From a candidate division WOR-3 bacterium (lineage in GTDB: Bacteria > Hydrothermota > Tepidihabitantia > Tepidihabitantales > Tepidihabitantaceae): a DNA stretch of 64,000 nt. A model generated the notes under the pieces. That model was not told where the DNA came from. It ran no database searches and was given only the letters and a program-made list of their open reading frames with translations. Below are positions 39,195 to 49,956 of this stretch, piece after piece (positions within the stretch are counted from its first letter, which is position 1; each line of letters starts with the position of its first letter). A program made the translations under genes and the position numbers. The stretch lies in the NCBI GenBank assembly GCA_024653355.1, contig JANLFQ010000001.1:576576-640575 (forward strand). Direction: 5' to 3'.

Positions 39195-40190
39195 GTGTAT
39201 AAATTAAGGGTAAAATTGACTTGTATGGATAGTGGAAAACCCCGCGTGGTCTTCTCCGCCTGTTTGGGATTCGAACGCTGCCGGTATAATGGAGAAATTA
39301 TCCGGGACGATTTTTGTGAACACCTGAAACATTTTGTCGAACCGGTTCCGGTCTGCCCTGAAATGGCAATCGGACTGGGCGTGCCCCGCGAGCCAATCAG
39401 AATTGTCTACCAGAACAATAGCCCCCGTCTTATTCAACCTGCTACCGGTAAGGACTTTACTGAATCGATGCAACGGTTCGCCACCGATTTCCTCGCTCAA
39501 CTGGATGTTGTGGACGGGTTTATTCTTAAATCGCGTTCGCCCTCCTGTGGCACCCGTGATGTCAAATCCTACAACGAAGACGGTAATCTCAGACCATCGA
39601 TTCATCGCCGGGGCATATTTGGCGGCGCAACAATTGAGAAGTTTCCTGACAAACCGGTTGAGGACGAAGGCCGGCTGAAAAACTTCCTCATCCGGGAAAG
39701 TTTTCTGACCCGGCTTTTTTCTCTTTATCGGTTCCGGTTATTGCGCTTAGCACCTACGATGGGTAACCTTGTCGAGTTCCACACCACCCACAAACTTCTC
39801 TTGATGGCTTATGACCAGGTTGCACTTCATCGGTTAGGTCGGCTTGTTGCCAACCCGGAACACCGACCAATCAACGAACTACTCACTGAATACGAAACAA
39901 CTTTATCCCGTGCCCTGGCACGACCACCCAAATACACCAATGCGGTCAATGTTCTGTTGCACGCGCTCGGTTATTTTTCCCGTAACCTCACTACTGCCGA
40001 AAAGGGATTTTTCCTTGACACCATGGAAAGTTACCGTGCCGGCCGTCTACCGTTGAGTGCTCCGGTCAGTATAATTCGCTCCTGGATTGTCCGTTTTGAT
40101 CAACAGTACCTCGCCCGACAGTGGTTTTTCTTACCCTATCCGGAAGGCCTGCGCGACATCAGCGACTCAGGTAAAGGACGCGACCGGTGA
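39195..40190 (+). CDS. DUF523 (TudS-like Fe-S) / DUF1722 (YbgA-like) fusion protein
   Basis: The N-terminal Cys-containing segment VVFSACLGFERCRYNGE…VPVCPEMAIGLGVPREPIRIV is typical of DUF523. The C-terminal half is helical and DUF1722-like. The stop overlaps the uvdE start (ATGA). Confidence 0.55.
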   Translation: MYKLRVKLTCMDSGKPRVVFSACLGFERCRYNGEIIRDDFCEHLKHFVEPVPVCPEMAIGLGVPREPIRIVYQNNSPRLIQPATGKDFTESMQRFATDFLAQLDVVDGFILKSRSPSCGTRDVKSYNEDGNLRPSIHRRGIFGGATIEKFPDKPVEDEGRLKNFLIRESFLTRLFSLYRFRLLRLAPTMGNLVEFHTTHKLLLMAYDQVALHRLGRLVANPEHRPINELLTEYETTLSRALARPPKYTNAVNVLLHALGYFSRNLTTAEKGFFLDTMESYRAGRLPLSAPVSIIRSWIVRFDQQYLARQWFFLPYPEGLRDISDSGKGRDR

Positions 40191-41089
40191 CCATTCGCAT
40201 CGGTTATCCCTGTATCAATTTGTCCCTTAACTGTCGGAGCACAAAAACCTTTCGCCTGCAGTCGTATTCTGAAGAAAAGTTTAAGTCAACCGTTGAGAGC
40301 AATCTCCTATGTCTGGAAGAAACAATAAAATGGAATATCAAACATGGTATCAGGTTCTTTCGCATCAGTTCCGACCTTATCCCTTTTGCCTCCCATCCTA
40401 TCTGTAAATTTCCCTGGCAAAAATCTTTTCGCCCGCAATTGCGCCGAATCGGCGCCCTCATCCGTCAAAACCAAATCCGGGTTTCGATGCACCCGGACCA
40501 ATTTGTTCTCATCAATGCCATTGACAAGCAAATCGTTATCAATTCAATTCGTGAACTGTTATACCATGCTCAGGTACTTGATTTAATGCAACTTCCGACG
40601 GACGCCAAAATCCAGATTCACATTGGCGGTGCCTATGGTGATAAAGAAACCAGTATCAAACGATTCGCCCGCCGCTTTTACCGTCTCCCCAATGCCGTCC
40701 AGCGCCGTTTAGTTATCGAAAATGACGACCGATTGTATACGGTTACTGATTGTTTAAAATTACACCGCCTGACTAAGATCCCTGTTGTCTTTGACTGTTT
40801 TCACCATGAAGTTAATCCTGACGGCAACGCTATCGGCACCGCCTTTTTGTATTGCGCCCGGACCTGGCGGCGGCGCGATGGCGTCCCAATTGTTGACTAC
40901 TCCTCCCAGGAACCGCATGCCCGCCTTGGTTCTCACGCCCAGCACATCAATCTGAAACATTTCTCCGCTTTCATGGAACAAATTCCCCAATACGACTTTG
41001 ACCTGATGTTAGAAATAAAAGACAAAGAAACCAGCGCCCTAACAGCGTTGAGAATCCTGAAAACTAAATTTACGCCGGCAAATGTCTGA
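40187..41089 (+). CDS. uvdE: UV DNA damage endonuclease UvdE/UvsE
   Basis: MTIRIGYPCINLSL…IHIGGAYGDKETSIKRF…LVIENDDRLYTV matches UvdE TIM-barrel endonucleases over its whole length. Confidence 0.8.
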   Translation: MTIRIGYPCINLSLNCRSTKTFRLQSYSEEKFKSTVESNLLCLEETIKWNIKHGIRFFRISSDLIPFASHPICKFPWQKSFRPQLRRIGALIRQNQIRVSMHPDQFVLINAIDKQIVINSIRELLYHAQVLDLMQLPTDAKIQIHIGGAYGDKETSIKRFARRFYRLPNAVQRRLVIENDDRLYTVTDCLKLHRLTKIPVVFDCFHHEVNPDGNAIGTAFLYCARTWRRRDGVPIVDYSSQEPHARLGSHAQHINLKHFSAFMEQIPQYDFDLMLEIKDKETSALTALRILKTKFTPANV

Positions 41090-41104
41090 TATCATTTGTA
41101 AAAA

Positions 41105-41132
41105 ATTGACAACGGTGAAACCGAGCGTAAAA
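41105..41132 (+). promoter_or_regulatory. sigma70-like promoter TTGACA-16 nt-TAAAAT for the rnf operon
   Basis: Hexamers read directly. The -10 ends about 13 nt before the ATG of MDKFRGG, so the transcript is leaderless or nearly so. Confidence 0.45.
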
Positions 41133-41133
41133 T

Positions 41134-42453
41134 TTGCCCCGTCTTATGGATAAATTTCGTGGCGGAATTCATCCCCGCGAGCATAAGGAAGCAACGGAAT
41201 TTAAACCGATTGAAGCTGCACCTTTGCCCCAGCGGGTGGTCATACCGCTATCCCAGCACACCGGTGCACCTTCCAAACCGGTTGTCAAACCAGGCGATGC
41301 CGTCCGCACCGGAACGATAATCGCCGAACCCGGCGGTAACCTTTCGGTACCAACTCATTCATCAATTTCCGGCACTGTTTCCGAAGTCAAGGAACTTCCT
41401 CATCCCCTTACCAGCAGATTCGTTACGACAGTTATCATCGAATCTGACCAGCAGGACACACTCGACGAAAATATCAAGGAGCGTGACCTCAACAACATAA
41501 CACCTGACGAGATAATTACCGCAATCCGTAATGCTGGTATTGTCGGGTTAGGTGGTGCTGCCTTTCCCACTTTTTTTAAACTGACTCCCCCTAAAGACAA
41601 GGTAATCGACACCCTTATCATCAACGGCTGCGAATGTGAACCGTATTTGACCGCTGACCATCGTCTAATGGTAGAAAAACCGGCTGAAATCGTCGAAGGG
41701 ACTACCTATATCGCTCGGGCACTGGGCGTAAAAAATGTCCTGATTGCGATCGAAGACAATAAACCTGATGCCATTGCCGCGATGAAAGAGGCGGTGGCTG
41801 GGACCGGATTTGTGGTTCGTCGACTGAAAACCAAATATCCCCAAGGTGCGGAAAAACAGTTAATAAAAGCCTGTTTGGAACGTGAGGTCCCTTCCGGTGG
41901 TCTCCCGGCTGATGTCGGCTGTATTGTTCAGAATGTCGGCACTGCGTTTGCGGTGCGGGAAGCGGTCCGGTTCAATCGGCCGCTTTACGAGAGGGTCGTA
42001 ACCGTAACTGGCTCCGGCATCTCCGAACCGAAAAATCTTCTTGTTAGAATCGGGACCCCGGTCAAAGATTTAATAAACTTTTGTGGGGGGTACAAGGGAA
42101 CGCCGGAAAAACTTATTATGGGTGGACCGATGATGGGAATTACCCTGGCATCAGATGAGGTGCCGGTCTTAAAAGGTACATCGGGCATCCTTGTTTTCCT
42201 CTATGCCCAGGAGCCCGAAGAACAAGACTGTATCCGCTGTGGTCGGTGCATTGAAGCCTGTCCGATGGGATTATCCCCAACCCGTTTGAACTATCACATC
42301 AAATCTGGACGACTCCTTCAGGCAAAAAATGAACACCTCCTTGACTGCATCGAATGTGGCTGTTGTGCCTTTGTTTGTCCGGCTAAAATCCGACTTGTTC
42401 ACAACTTCAAATACGGCAAATCTGAAATCCTGCGTGCCCGAGAGAGAGGATGA
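41134..42453 (+). CDS. rnfC: Rnf electron-transport complex subunit C
   Basis: 439 aa with NADH-binding and 2x[4Fe-4S] regions (…CIRCGRCIEACP…CIECGCCAFVCP). The likely true start is the ATG about 12 nt into the ORF (MDKFRGGIHP). Confidence 0.85.
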   Translation: MPRLMDKFRGGIHPREHKEATEFKPIEAAPLPQRVVIPLSQHTGAPSKPVVKPGDAVRTGTIIAEPGGNLSVPTHSSISGTVSEVKELPHPLTSRFVTTVIIESDQQDTLDENIKERDLNNITPDEIITAIRNAGIVGLGGAAFPTFFKLTPPKDKVIDTLIINGCECEPYLTADHRLMVEKPAEIVEGTTYIARALGVKNVLIAIEDNKPDAIAAMKEAVAGTGFVVRRLKTKYPQGAEKQLIKACLEREVPSGGLPADVGCIVQNVGTAFAVREAVRFNRPLYERVVTVTGSGISEPKNLLVRIGTPVKDLINFCGGYKGTPEKLIMGGPMMGITLASDEVPVLKGTSGILVFLYAQEPEEQDCIRCGRCIEACPMGLSPTRLNYHIKSGRLLQAKNEHLLDCIECGCCAFVCPAKIRLVHNFKYGKSEILRARERG

Positions 42454-43511
42454 AGATGAATAGCGATGTTAAAACCCGTTTGCTGGTCACAGCCTCTCCT
42501 CACATCTACTCTTCCGTGACTGTTAGTAAATTGATGTGGGCGGTAGTTATCGCTTTACTACCAGCACTCGGCGGTTCGATTTACTTCTTCGGTTTCAAAG
42601 CGCTTCTGGTAATTGCCATCTCAACCGCTGCCGCTGTTTTATTTGACACTTTGGGTCAGTTAATGTTCAAGCGCAAAGTTACGGTTGAAGACGGCAGCGC
42701 GGTAATCACCGGCTTGCTCCTTGCATTTAATCTGCCACCCAATGTTCCCTTGTGGTTGCCGATTGTTGGTGCGGCATTTGCTACCATTGTTGTCAAACAG
42801 TTCTTCGGGGGGCTGGGACACAACTTCATCAATCCGGCACTCGGCGCCCGCGCATTCCTTGTCGCATCCTGGCCCACATATATGACCACAACCTGGCTTG
42901 CCCCGCACAACGGTACGCTCTCCGGTCTCTCTTCGCAGGCGCTCAAACTTTGCACGGATGCGATAACAACTGCAACCCCGCTCAATGTGTTAAAACACGG
43001 CTCAAAACTTCTTCTCCCGGGAAATGAACCCAATTTACTTTATCAACATCTCCAGTCATGGGAAACTATTAAAAACCTCTTCTTCGGCAACATTGGCGGC
43101 TGTTTAGGTGAAACCTCGGCACTCTTGTTACTCATCGGTGGAATATTCTTAATTGCAACCCGAGTCATCGACTGGCGCATACCGCTCTCTTACCTTCTCA
43201 CCGTTGCGGCTCTCGTTCTAATACTGCCTGGCCACAAAACCGCTCTTTTAAACTACATTTTATTCCATCTGTTTTCAGGTGGCCTTATGCTTGGTGCCTT
43301 TTATATGGCAACTGACTATGTTACCTCACCGTTAACCCATAAAGGCCGGGTTATCTTTGGAATAGGTTGTGGCGTTCTCACATCGGTCATTCGTCTCTGG
43401 GGCGGATACCCCGAAGGGGTATGCTATTCAATCCTTTTGATGAATGTCGCCACACCGTTGATCGACCGTCTGACTTTGCCCCGGGTATTTGGCACAAGGA
43501 GCAAAAAGTGA
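42450..43511 (+). CDS. rnfD: Rnf complex subunit D
   Basis: Polytopic NqrB/RnfD-like protein; the start overlaps the rnfC stop. Confidence 0.85.
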   Translation: MKMNSDVKTRLLVTASPHIYSSVTVSKLMWAVVIALLPALGGSIYFFGFKALLVIAISTAAAVLFDTLGQLMFKRKVTVEDGSAVITGLLLAFNLPPNVPLWLPIVGAAFATIVVKQFFGGLGHNFINPALGARAFLVASWPTYMTTTWLAPHNGTLSGLSSQALKLCTDAITTATPLNVLKHGSKLLLPGNEPNLLYQHLQSWETIKNLFFGNIGGCLGETSALLLLIGGIFLIATRVIDWRIPLSYLLTVAALVLILPGHKTALLNYILFHLFSGGLMLGAFYMATDYVTSPLTHKGRVIFGIGCGVLTSVIRLWGGYPEGVCYSILLMNVATPLIDRLTLPRVFGTRSKK

Positions 43512-44065
43512 AGGAAAGCAAACTCTGGATGGTCATTTCCCTCTTCATTACCTGCTGTATCGCCGCCTTTGCCCTATCTCAGGTCTATGCCATAACGAAG
43601 CCAAAAATTGATTATCAACGACAGGTCGCAGGGTTACGCACCGCACTCGGCGCGGTAATGCCGGAAGCAAACCGGTTTGAGCCCGTTAATGACGACTCTA
43701 CTGTCTGGCGTGCCTATGCGGATGACCAGCACATTGGCACCGTAATCCGTGCCGCAAAACAGGGCTATGGCGGGCTGGTACCGGTCACGGCGGGAATCGA
43801 CCTTGAAGGTAAAATCGTTGCCATTCGGGTCGCCAGTTCCGCCGAAGGTTTAAAGGAAACGCCTGGGTTGGGACTTAAGGCGACCGAAGAAAAGTTTTGT
43901 GACCAGTTCAAAGGCAAAAGTTTATCAGAACTTCGGCTGAAAAAAGACGGTGGGACAATTGAAGCAATAACCGGTGCGACAATTACCTCTCGAGCAGTTA
44001 CCGATGCCATCCGGGAAACAATGGAAAAATATCAGGATATCATTATCATCAAAGGCAATGAGTAA
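43508..44065 (+). CDS. rnfG: Rnf complex subunit G (FMN-binding)
   Basis: GTG start overlapping the rnfD stop. A single transmembrane helix is followed by an FMN-binding domain (…TGATITSRAVTDAI…). Confidence 0.75.
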   Translation: MKESKLWMVISLFITCCIAAFALSQVYAITKPKIDYQRQVAGLRTALGAVMPEANRFEPVNDDSTVWRAYADDQHIGTVIRAAKQGYGGLVPVTAGIDLEGKIVAIRVASSAEGLKETPGLGLKATEEKFCDQFKGKSLSELRLKKDGGTIEAITGATITSRAVTDAIRETMEKYQDIIIIKGNE

Positions 44066-44675
44066 CAAAAAACCATCCCGCCTTGCTTACCTGACATCAG
44101 GGATTGTAAAAGAGAACCCAACTCTCATCTTGATGATTGGCTTATGCCCCACCCTTGCCACGACCGTTTCTGCTCGTGATGGACTGGGAATGGGCCTCGC
44201 CGCATCCTTCGTTCTCATCGGCTCGAATGTCGTTGTCTCCGCAGTGCGAAAACTGGTACCCGATTCAGTGCGTATCCCGATTTTTATTATCATCATCTCG
44301 ACCTTTGTTACAATTGTTGATTATCTTATGCAGGCTTATCAACCCGGTCTTTACCGCGTGCTTGGCGTATTCGTACCATTAATTGTCGTTAACTGCATCA
44401 TTCTTGGCCGGGCTGAGGCATTCGCTTACAAACATGGAATCTTCGACTCTCTTCTGGACGGACTGGGTAAATCGATTGGTTTCACTTTGGTGCTGTTTAT
44501 TATGGGCACAATTCGCGAAATCGTTGGCAACGGCACCTTCTTTGGCCAAGCCGTCACCCCTGCCTGGTACCGTAATGCGCCGATGCTCTTTGCCATCTTT
44601 CCTCCCGGTGCCTTCTTCTTAATCGGATTGCTCAAAGCGCTCGTCAACAAAACAAAACTCGGGGGAAATAAATGA
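44058..44675 (+). CDS. rnfE: Rnf complex subunit E
   Basis: The start MSNKKPSRLAYLTSGIVKENPTL overlaps rnfG by 8 bp. NqrD/RnfE family. Confidence 0.85.
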   Translation: MSNKKPSRLAYLTSGIVKENPTLILMIGLCPTLATTVSARDGLGMGLAASFVLIGSNVVVSAVRKLVPDSVRIPIFIIIISTFVTIVDYLMQAYQPGLYRVLGVFVPLIVVNCIILGRAEAFAYKHGIFDSLLDGLGKSIGFTLVLFIMGTIREIVGNGTFFGQAVTPAWYRNAPMLFAIFPPGAFFLIGLLKALVNKTKLGGNK

Positions 44676-45262
44676 GCCAAATGAATCCCGCCAAAATCTT
44701 TCTCGCTGCCTTTCTGGTCAACAATATCATCCTGATGCGCTTCATTGGACTCTGTCCATTCTTTGGCGTATCAACATCGCTTAACACCTCAGCGGGAATG
44801 AGTGCTGCGGTTTTGTTTGTAATGCTGCTCGCCGCCTGGGTCTCCTGGATTCTGTATCACACCCTCCTCATACCTTTAGGGCTAATCTTCCTGCGTACCG
44901 CAGTATTTATCCTCGTGATTGCGGCACTTGTTCAGTTCGTCGAAATGTTCCTCAAACGTTACGTCCGTAACCTTTACTCCGCAATGGGCATTTACCTGCC
45001 CTTAATCACCACCAACTGTGCCATCCTCGGCGTTACCTTTCTCAACATCGATTACAAATTTAACATTCTTCAGGCAACAATCTTTGCCCTCGGAACCGCC
45101 TTTGGCTTCGCCCTCGCTATCATTCTTTTTGCGGCGATTCGCGAACGCCTTGAAGATGCACCCATATCACCGGCATTTAAAGGTTATCCCATCGCCTTTA
45201 TTGGTGCCGCCTTGGTATCGTTAGCATTTATGGGCTTTACCGCCCTTTTTGGAATTTCGTAA
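44672..45262 (+). CDS. rnfA: Rnf complex subunit A
   Basis: NqrE/RnfA-like 196-aa membrane protein; ATGA overlap with rnfE. Confidence 0.85.
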   Translation: MSQMNPAKIFLAAFLVNNIILMRFIGLCPFFGVSTSLNTSAGMSAAVLFVMLLAAWVSWILYHTLLIPLGLIFLRTAVFILVIAALVQFVEMFLKRYVRNLYSAMGIYLPLITTNCAILGVTFLNIDYKFNILQATIFALGTAFGFALAIILFAAIRERLEDAPISPAFKGYPIAFIGAALVSLAFMGFTALFGIS

Positions 45263-46273
45263 ATGGACTGGTTTCTAATTTTAAAATCACTATTAGTTCT
45301 CGGTGGCTTGGGTCTTATCCTCGCAGTTGTCCTCCTGATCGCCTACCTGAAACTTACCGTCAAAGTTGACGAACGTGAGGCACAGATTCGTTCCGTCCTG
45401 CCCGGAGCTAACTGTGGTGCCTGTGGTTATCCCGGCTGTGATGGCTATGCTGCTGCGATTGTCGCCGGTAAAGCCCCGTTAAATGCCTGCTCGGTTGGTG
45501 GTCCTGCCGTCGCTGAAAAAATTGGCCAGATTATGGGCCAGGAGGTAACAGCCTCCCAACCCCAGGTTGCAGTGTTAATCTGTCGGGGCGGGAAAGAACA
45601 AGCCCCGAACCGATTTGAATACCGGGGTGCCGAAGACTGCCGGCAGGCAGCGCTTCTACTCGGCGGGCCTAAAGCCTGCATCTACGGTTGCGTCGGGTTA
45701 GGGCATTGCGTCAAAGTCTGCCCGGTCAATGCGATTAAGATGGGAGAAAACAGACTTCCCGTAATTGACGAAAAGACCTGTATTGGGTGCGGTAAATGTG
45801 TCAAAGAGTGCCCCAAAGGCACGCTGCGCCTTATCCCCCGTTCGAAACTGGTCTACCTCGCCTGTGTATCCCACGACCGCGGGAAAGCGGTCAAGGATGT
45901 TTGCTCGGTTGGTTGCATCGCCTGTGGTCTTTGTGTCAAAGTTTGCCCGGTCGGCGCCCTGAAAATGGAAAACAACCTGCCGGTTATGGATTTCAGCAAA
46001 TGTATCGACTGCGGGATTTGCGTCCACAAATGTCCGACTAAATCGTTCATTGACCGCGCCCCGGGACGCCCGAAAGCTTCGATCAACCCCCGCTGCAACG
46101 GCTGTGGTGAATGCATCAAAGTTTGCCAGTTCAAAGCAATTGAAGGTGAACCCGGTAAACAGCACCGGGTTATTCCGGAAAAATGTATCGGGTGTGGCCA
46201 ATGTGTCCTGGTCTGTCCGGTTAAAGCAATTGACCTTGTCGGCGCGCTCGGCCATTCAATGAAAACTGTCTGA
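45263..46273 (+). CDS. rnfB: Rnf complex subunit B (poly-ferredoxin)
   Basis: N-terminal transmembrane helix plus multiple CxxCxxCxxxCP 4Fe-4S motifs; 336 aa. Confidence 0.8.
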   Translation: MDWFLILKSLLVLGGLGLILAVVLLIAYLKLTVKVDEREAQIRSVLPGANCGACGYPGCDGYAAAIVAGKAPLNACSVGGPAVAEKIGQIMGQEVTASQPQVAVLICRGGKEQAPNRFEYRGAEDCRQAALLLGGPKACIYGCVGLGHCVKVCPVNAIKMGENRLPVIDEKTCIGCGKCVKECPKGTLRLIPRSKLVYLACVSHDRGKAVKDVCSVGCIACGLCVKVCPVGALKMENNLPVMDFSKCIDCGICVHKCPTKSFIDRAPGRPKASINPRCNGCGECIKVCQFKAIEGEPGKQHRVIPEKCIGCGQCVLVCPVKAIDLVGALGHSMKTV

Positions 46274-46354
46274 GCCTGCTGTTTCCCTAATTAAAATCTA
46301 AATTCTTATCCGCTCTTTCCTTGACAGTCTTATTCTTAGTGCTACCATCCAGTA

Positions 46355-47635
46355 GTGCCCAACCGATATGTCGTGCTCCTGCGCAACAAAAACTTTCTTT
46401 TTTTAACCCTTGCCGGAGCGATGTCACAGTTAGGCGACCGTCTTTCCCATATGCTGCTAATTACGCTTATTGGCGTTGCCGCACCCGGGAAACTACTCGC
46501 CTATTCGGGCGGCTCTCTTACCTTCGTGTTCCCCACCTTAATACTCTCGCCGATTGCCGGTGTCTTAGTTGACCACTGGGACAAACGCAAAACCATCAGC
46601 CGCACCCACTTCATCCAGACAACAATTCTGCTCTTAACCCCGTTTGCCATGAAACTTACCCATAACTTCACCCCCTTCTGGGTCGCACTGACTTTATTCT
46701 TTGGACTGGATATCTTCAACAACACCGCCAATCCCGCGCTCCTGCCCAATCTGGTCGCCTCGGACAAATTACTCCTCGCCAATTCCGTGAGCCTCGCCTT
46801 CGCACGCATCGCCACAGTTTTAGGAATGGTAATTGGGGGATTTCTGATTAAATGGGCAGGCTGGAACAATGCGCTATTTATCGACGCTTCCTGTCATCTT
46901 ATTGCCGGTTTTTTAATCCTTAACATCATAACCACCAGAACAACGGCAGTCGCATATTCTGCGCCCCAACCTCGTGCCAGTATCCTCTTGAGCTTGATCA
47001 ATGCCTTAAAACAGTTTTTTAGTGACCTAGTAGAACTCATCCGTTTGGTTTTACACAACCGAATTGTTGCCTTTGTCCTCGCTTCTATCGTCATTTCCAC
47101 TTTCATCTCTGCCGTCTCTTACACAATTCTCATCTACCTTGTACAGCAGGTTTTGAATATGGGCACGGCCGGAGTTGGTATCTTTGCCGGGATTTTGGCA
47201 ATCGGTATGATTGCCGGCGCGGCGGTGATGGGACTTTTACCACCGAATATCAACCGTCCTCTTGTCATCGTCACGATCACAATTTTATACGGCTTACTTT
47301 TTTTCATTGGTAACTGGCTCATAACCGTCTGGTTTATGATTGTTGTCGCACTCATCGCCGGCGTTGCCTTTTCCTGGTTGGGGATTGTTCAAAGTACCCT
47401 CTTACAGGAGGAAGTGGCACCAACCATCCGGGGCCGAATTTTCTCCACGCGCGAATTCGTCACCAACAGCACCTTCCTCATCACCACCGTCGTCATCGGC
47501 ATCCTCGGTGACTTTACATCCTACCGCATCGCCCTTCTTGCCATTGGCATCGCTTTAATTGTTCTGGGAAGCGCCGGGTTTTTCTGGGTCCATAATGGAC
47601 TAATTCCGGCCCGCCGATTAAACCCGGACGATTAG
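46355..47635 (+). CDS. MFS transporter
   Basis: GTG start; 12 predicted transmembrane helices; 426 aa. Confidence 0.75.
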   Translation: MPNRYVVLLRNKNFLFLTLAGAMSQLGDRLSHMLLITLIGVAAPGKLLAYSGGSLTFVFPTLILSPIAGVLVDHWDKRKTISRTHFIQTTILLLTPFAMKLTHNFTPFWVALTLFFGLDIFNNTANPALLPNLVASDKLLLANSVSLAFARIATVLGMVIGGFLIKWAGWNNALFIDASCHLIAGFLILNIITTRTTAVAYSAPQPRASILLSLINALKQFFSDLVELIRLVLHNRIVAFVLASIVISTFISAVSYTILIYLVQQVLNMGTAGVGIFAGILAIGMIAGAAVMGLLPPNINRPLVIVTITILYGLLFFIGNWLITVWFMIVVALIAGVAFSWLGIVQSTLLQEEVAPTIRGRIFSTREFVTNSTFLITTVVIGILGDFTSYRIALLAIGIALIVLGSAGFFWVHNGLIPARRLNPDD

Positions 47636-48460
47636 ATTGTCGATCAACCTCGCTTTACCAAAATAAACTGCCAGCGCAATAAGTATTTCATTTTTAATTA
47701 ATTGTATTGGTTTTAAGTAATCTGTATCAACAATTTCAATATAATCAATTCTCCCTGACGAGGAGTTCTGGATTATACGGCGCATTGCCCGTTTGACCTT
47801 TCGAGCATCCCGTTCCCCATCCTTTATCAGCTGCTCAGCATGGCGCAGTGCTTTATAGAGCACCACCGCCTGTTGCCGTTCATCAGGAGTTAAATAGGAG
47901 TTACGGGAACTCATAGCTAACCCATCAGGTTCACGCACCGTGGGCACAACGACAATCTCAATATCAAAGTTTAAATCCCGCACCATCCTCTTAATGACAA
48001 AAGCCTGCTGGGCGTCTTTCTGCCCGAACACCGCAATGTGGGGCTTTACGATATTAAAAAGTTTGGCAACAACCGTGGCCACACCGCGAAAATGACCGGG
48101 CCGGGACTTGCCACAGAGATGCTGAGTCAACCCTTCAACCTCAACATAAGTTGAGTAGTTTTCCGGATACATCTCGTGAACATCGGGATAAAATATCACA
48201 TCAACCCCGATTTCGCGCAGCAATTTCCGGTCGCGCGCAAAATCGCGCGGGTAGCGTTGGTAATCTTCCTTGGGACCAAACTGCATCGGATTGACAAAAA
48301 TAGATACCACCACCCCATCACACCGCTGCTGTGCTACCCGCACCAGTTCCAGATGCCCTTGATGCAGGGCTCCCATCGTCGGCACAAATCCCAGTTTTCC
48401 CCTTGCCCGCATCTGCGTGGCAAGTCGTTGCATCTCCCTTATCGTTCTAACGACTTTCAT
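47618..48460 (-). CDS. panC: Pantoate--beta-alanine ligase
   Basis: [11 protein letters not shown]…[17 protein letters not shown] with the HIGH motif. The longer ORF reaching 48517 overlaps panB excessively. Confidence 0.85.
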   Translation of the reverse strand: MKVVRTIREMQRLATQMRARGKLGFVPTMGALHQGHLELVRVAQQRCDGVVVSIFVNPMQFGPKEDYQRYPRDFARDRKLLREIGVDVIFYPDVHEMYPENYSTYVEVEGLTQHLCGKSRPGHFRGVATVVAKLFNIVKPHIAVFGQKDAQQAFVIKRMVRDLNFDIEIVVVPTVREPDGLAMSSRNSYLTPDERQQAVVLYKALRHAEQLIKDGERDARKVKRAMRRIIQNSSSGRIDYIEIVDTDYLKPIQLIKNEILIALAVYFGKARLIDNLIVRV

Positions 48461-49271
48461 CGGTGTAAAACGAGTGCTCGGGACCGGGAAATTTCCCCTG
48501 GCGCACCTCGGCAACATATTCCTGAACCGCCTGCCGCGTCATCCGATTTAGTTCTGCATAACGCTTTACGAATTTGTACGGCTCTTCTTCAAACATCCCG
48601 AGCATATCCTGCAGTACCAGTATCTGACCATCACATTCAGGACCAGCGCCAATTCCGATTACCGGAATCTGTAGCGCCTTTGTTACTTTTGATGCTGCCT
48701 CGGCCGGGACTTTTTCCAGAATGATGGCAAAGCATCCTGCCGCTGCCAGCGCCTGGGCATCCGTTAGCAATTTCTCTTGTTCTTCAGGTCGCCGAGCCTG
48801 CAGCCGATAACCACCTAACTTATGGACCGATTGCGGCGTAAGCCCAAGATGCCCCATCACCGGTATTCCATAATCAACCAAACGCCGCACCGTTTCCAGA
48901 ACCGGCCCGGCACCTTCCAGTTTCACCGCTTCGGCACCAGCCTTAAGCAAACGCCCGGCATTCTCAATCGCCTGTTCAAGTGATACCTGATAAGACAAGA
49001 AAGGCATATCACTCACAACCAGTGCCCGTTTCACACCGCTCGCAACCGCTCGGGTGTGATACACCATCTCATCCATACCAATACCGATGGTTGTTTTCAT
49101 CCCGTAGACCACATTTGCAACCGAATCCCCGACCAGAATTATATCAACCCCCGCTTCGTCTAAAATTCGAGCAAATGGATAATCGTAGGCGGTCAAACAG
49201 ACGATTTTCTCCCCGCGCATCTTTTTTTTCATTACTCGCAGGGTAGTAACTTTATCAATCGGGGTCGCCAT
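48447..49271 (-). CDS. panB: 3-methyl-2-oxobutanoate hydroxymethyltransferase
   Basis: …[29 protein letters not shown]…. Confidence 0.9.
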   Translation of the reverse strand: MATPIDKVTTLRVMKKKMRGEKIVCLTAYDYPFARILDEAGVDIILVGDSVANVVYGMKTTIGIGMDEMVYHTRAVASGVKRALVVSDMPFLSYQVSLEQAIENAGRLLKAGAEAVKLEGAGPVLETVRRLVDYGIPVMGHLGLTPQSVHKLGGYRLQARRPEEQEKLLTDAQALAAAGCFAIILEKVPAEAASKVTKALQIPVIGIGAGPECDGQILVLQDMLGMFEEEPYKFVKRYAELNRMTRQAVQEYVAEVRQGKFPGPEHSFYTDESR

Positions 49272-49284
49272 CTATTTAACTCCT

Positions 49285-49956
49285 TTAACGTTTCCGACTC
49301 CGGGGCGAATAAAACTTCCTCCCTCGGTCGTGCTCAACAATCGCCCGAAACAGCCCCTCGAAATCCTCCGGATTGTTCACGAAATTAAGCCGGTCGGTAT
49401 TGACGATTAGAACGGGTGCCTCTTCGTAATGGAGAAAAAAAGAGTTGTAAAGGTTGCTCAAATTGTTGAGATATTCAGGCTCGATATTTGCCTCAAAACT
49501 GCGTCCCCTTTGCCGGATTCGTGCCAGAAGAACATCAACCTGGGCTTGCAGATAAACAACCAAATCCGGCTTCGGGATATCATTCTTTACCAGTTCATAA
49601 ATCCGATAGTAAAGCGCCAATTCGGGTTCGTTGAGATTAAGTGTCGCAAAAATACGGTCTTTATCGAAAAGATAGTCACTTACCACCGCCGGTTCGGGAA
49701 TTAGTTCTCCTGCCACCATGATTATCCTGCTCTGAAAAATCTCCCGCAACTGTCGATGCCGGGAAAGGAGAAAAAACAGCTGGGTTTGGAATGCGTAACC
49801 GCGGATATCACGGTAGAACTTTTCTAAAAATGGATTTTCTTCGACCACTTCTTGCACCAGCCTTGCCGACAAACGCCGGGCAAGTAATTCCGCCAACGCC
49901 GTTTTCCCAACACCGATTGGTCCCTCAACCGCAATATATTTCAACCGTTGTTCCAC
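49285..49956 (-). CDS. Deoxynucleoside kinase
   Basis: P-loop IAVEGPIGVGKTALAELLA with the dNK family fold; 223 aa. Confidence 0.8.
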   Translation of the reverse strand: MEQRLKYIAVEGPIGVGKTALAELLARRLSARLVQEVVEENPFLEKFYRDIRGYAFQTQLFFLLSRHRQLREIFQSRIIMVAGELIPEPAVVSDYLFDKDRIFATLNLNEPELALYYRIYELVKNDIPKPDLVVYLQAQVDVLLARIRQRGRSFEANIEPEYLNNLSNLYNSFFLHYEEAPVLIVNTDRLNFVNNPEDFEGLFRAIVEHDRGRKFYSPRSRKR

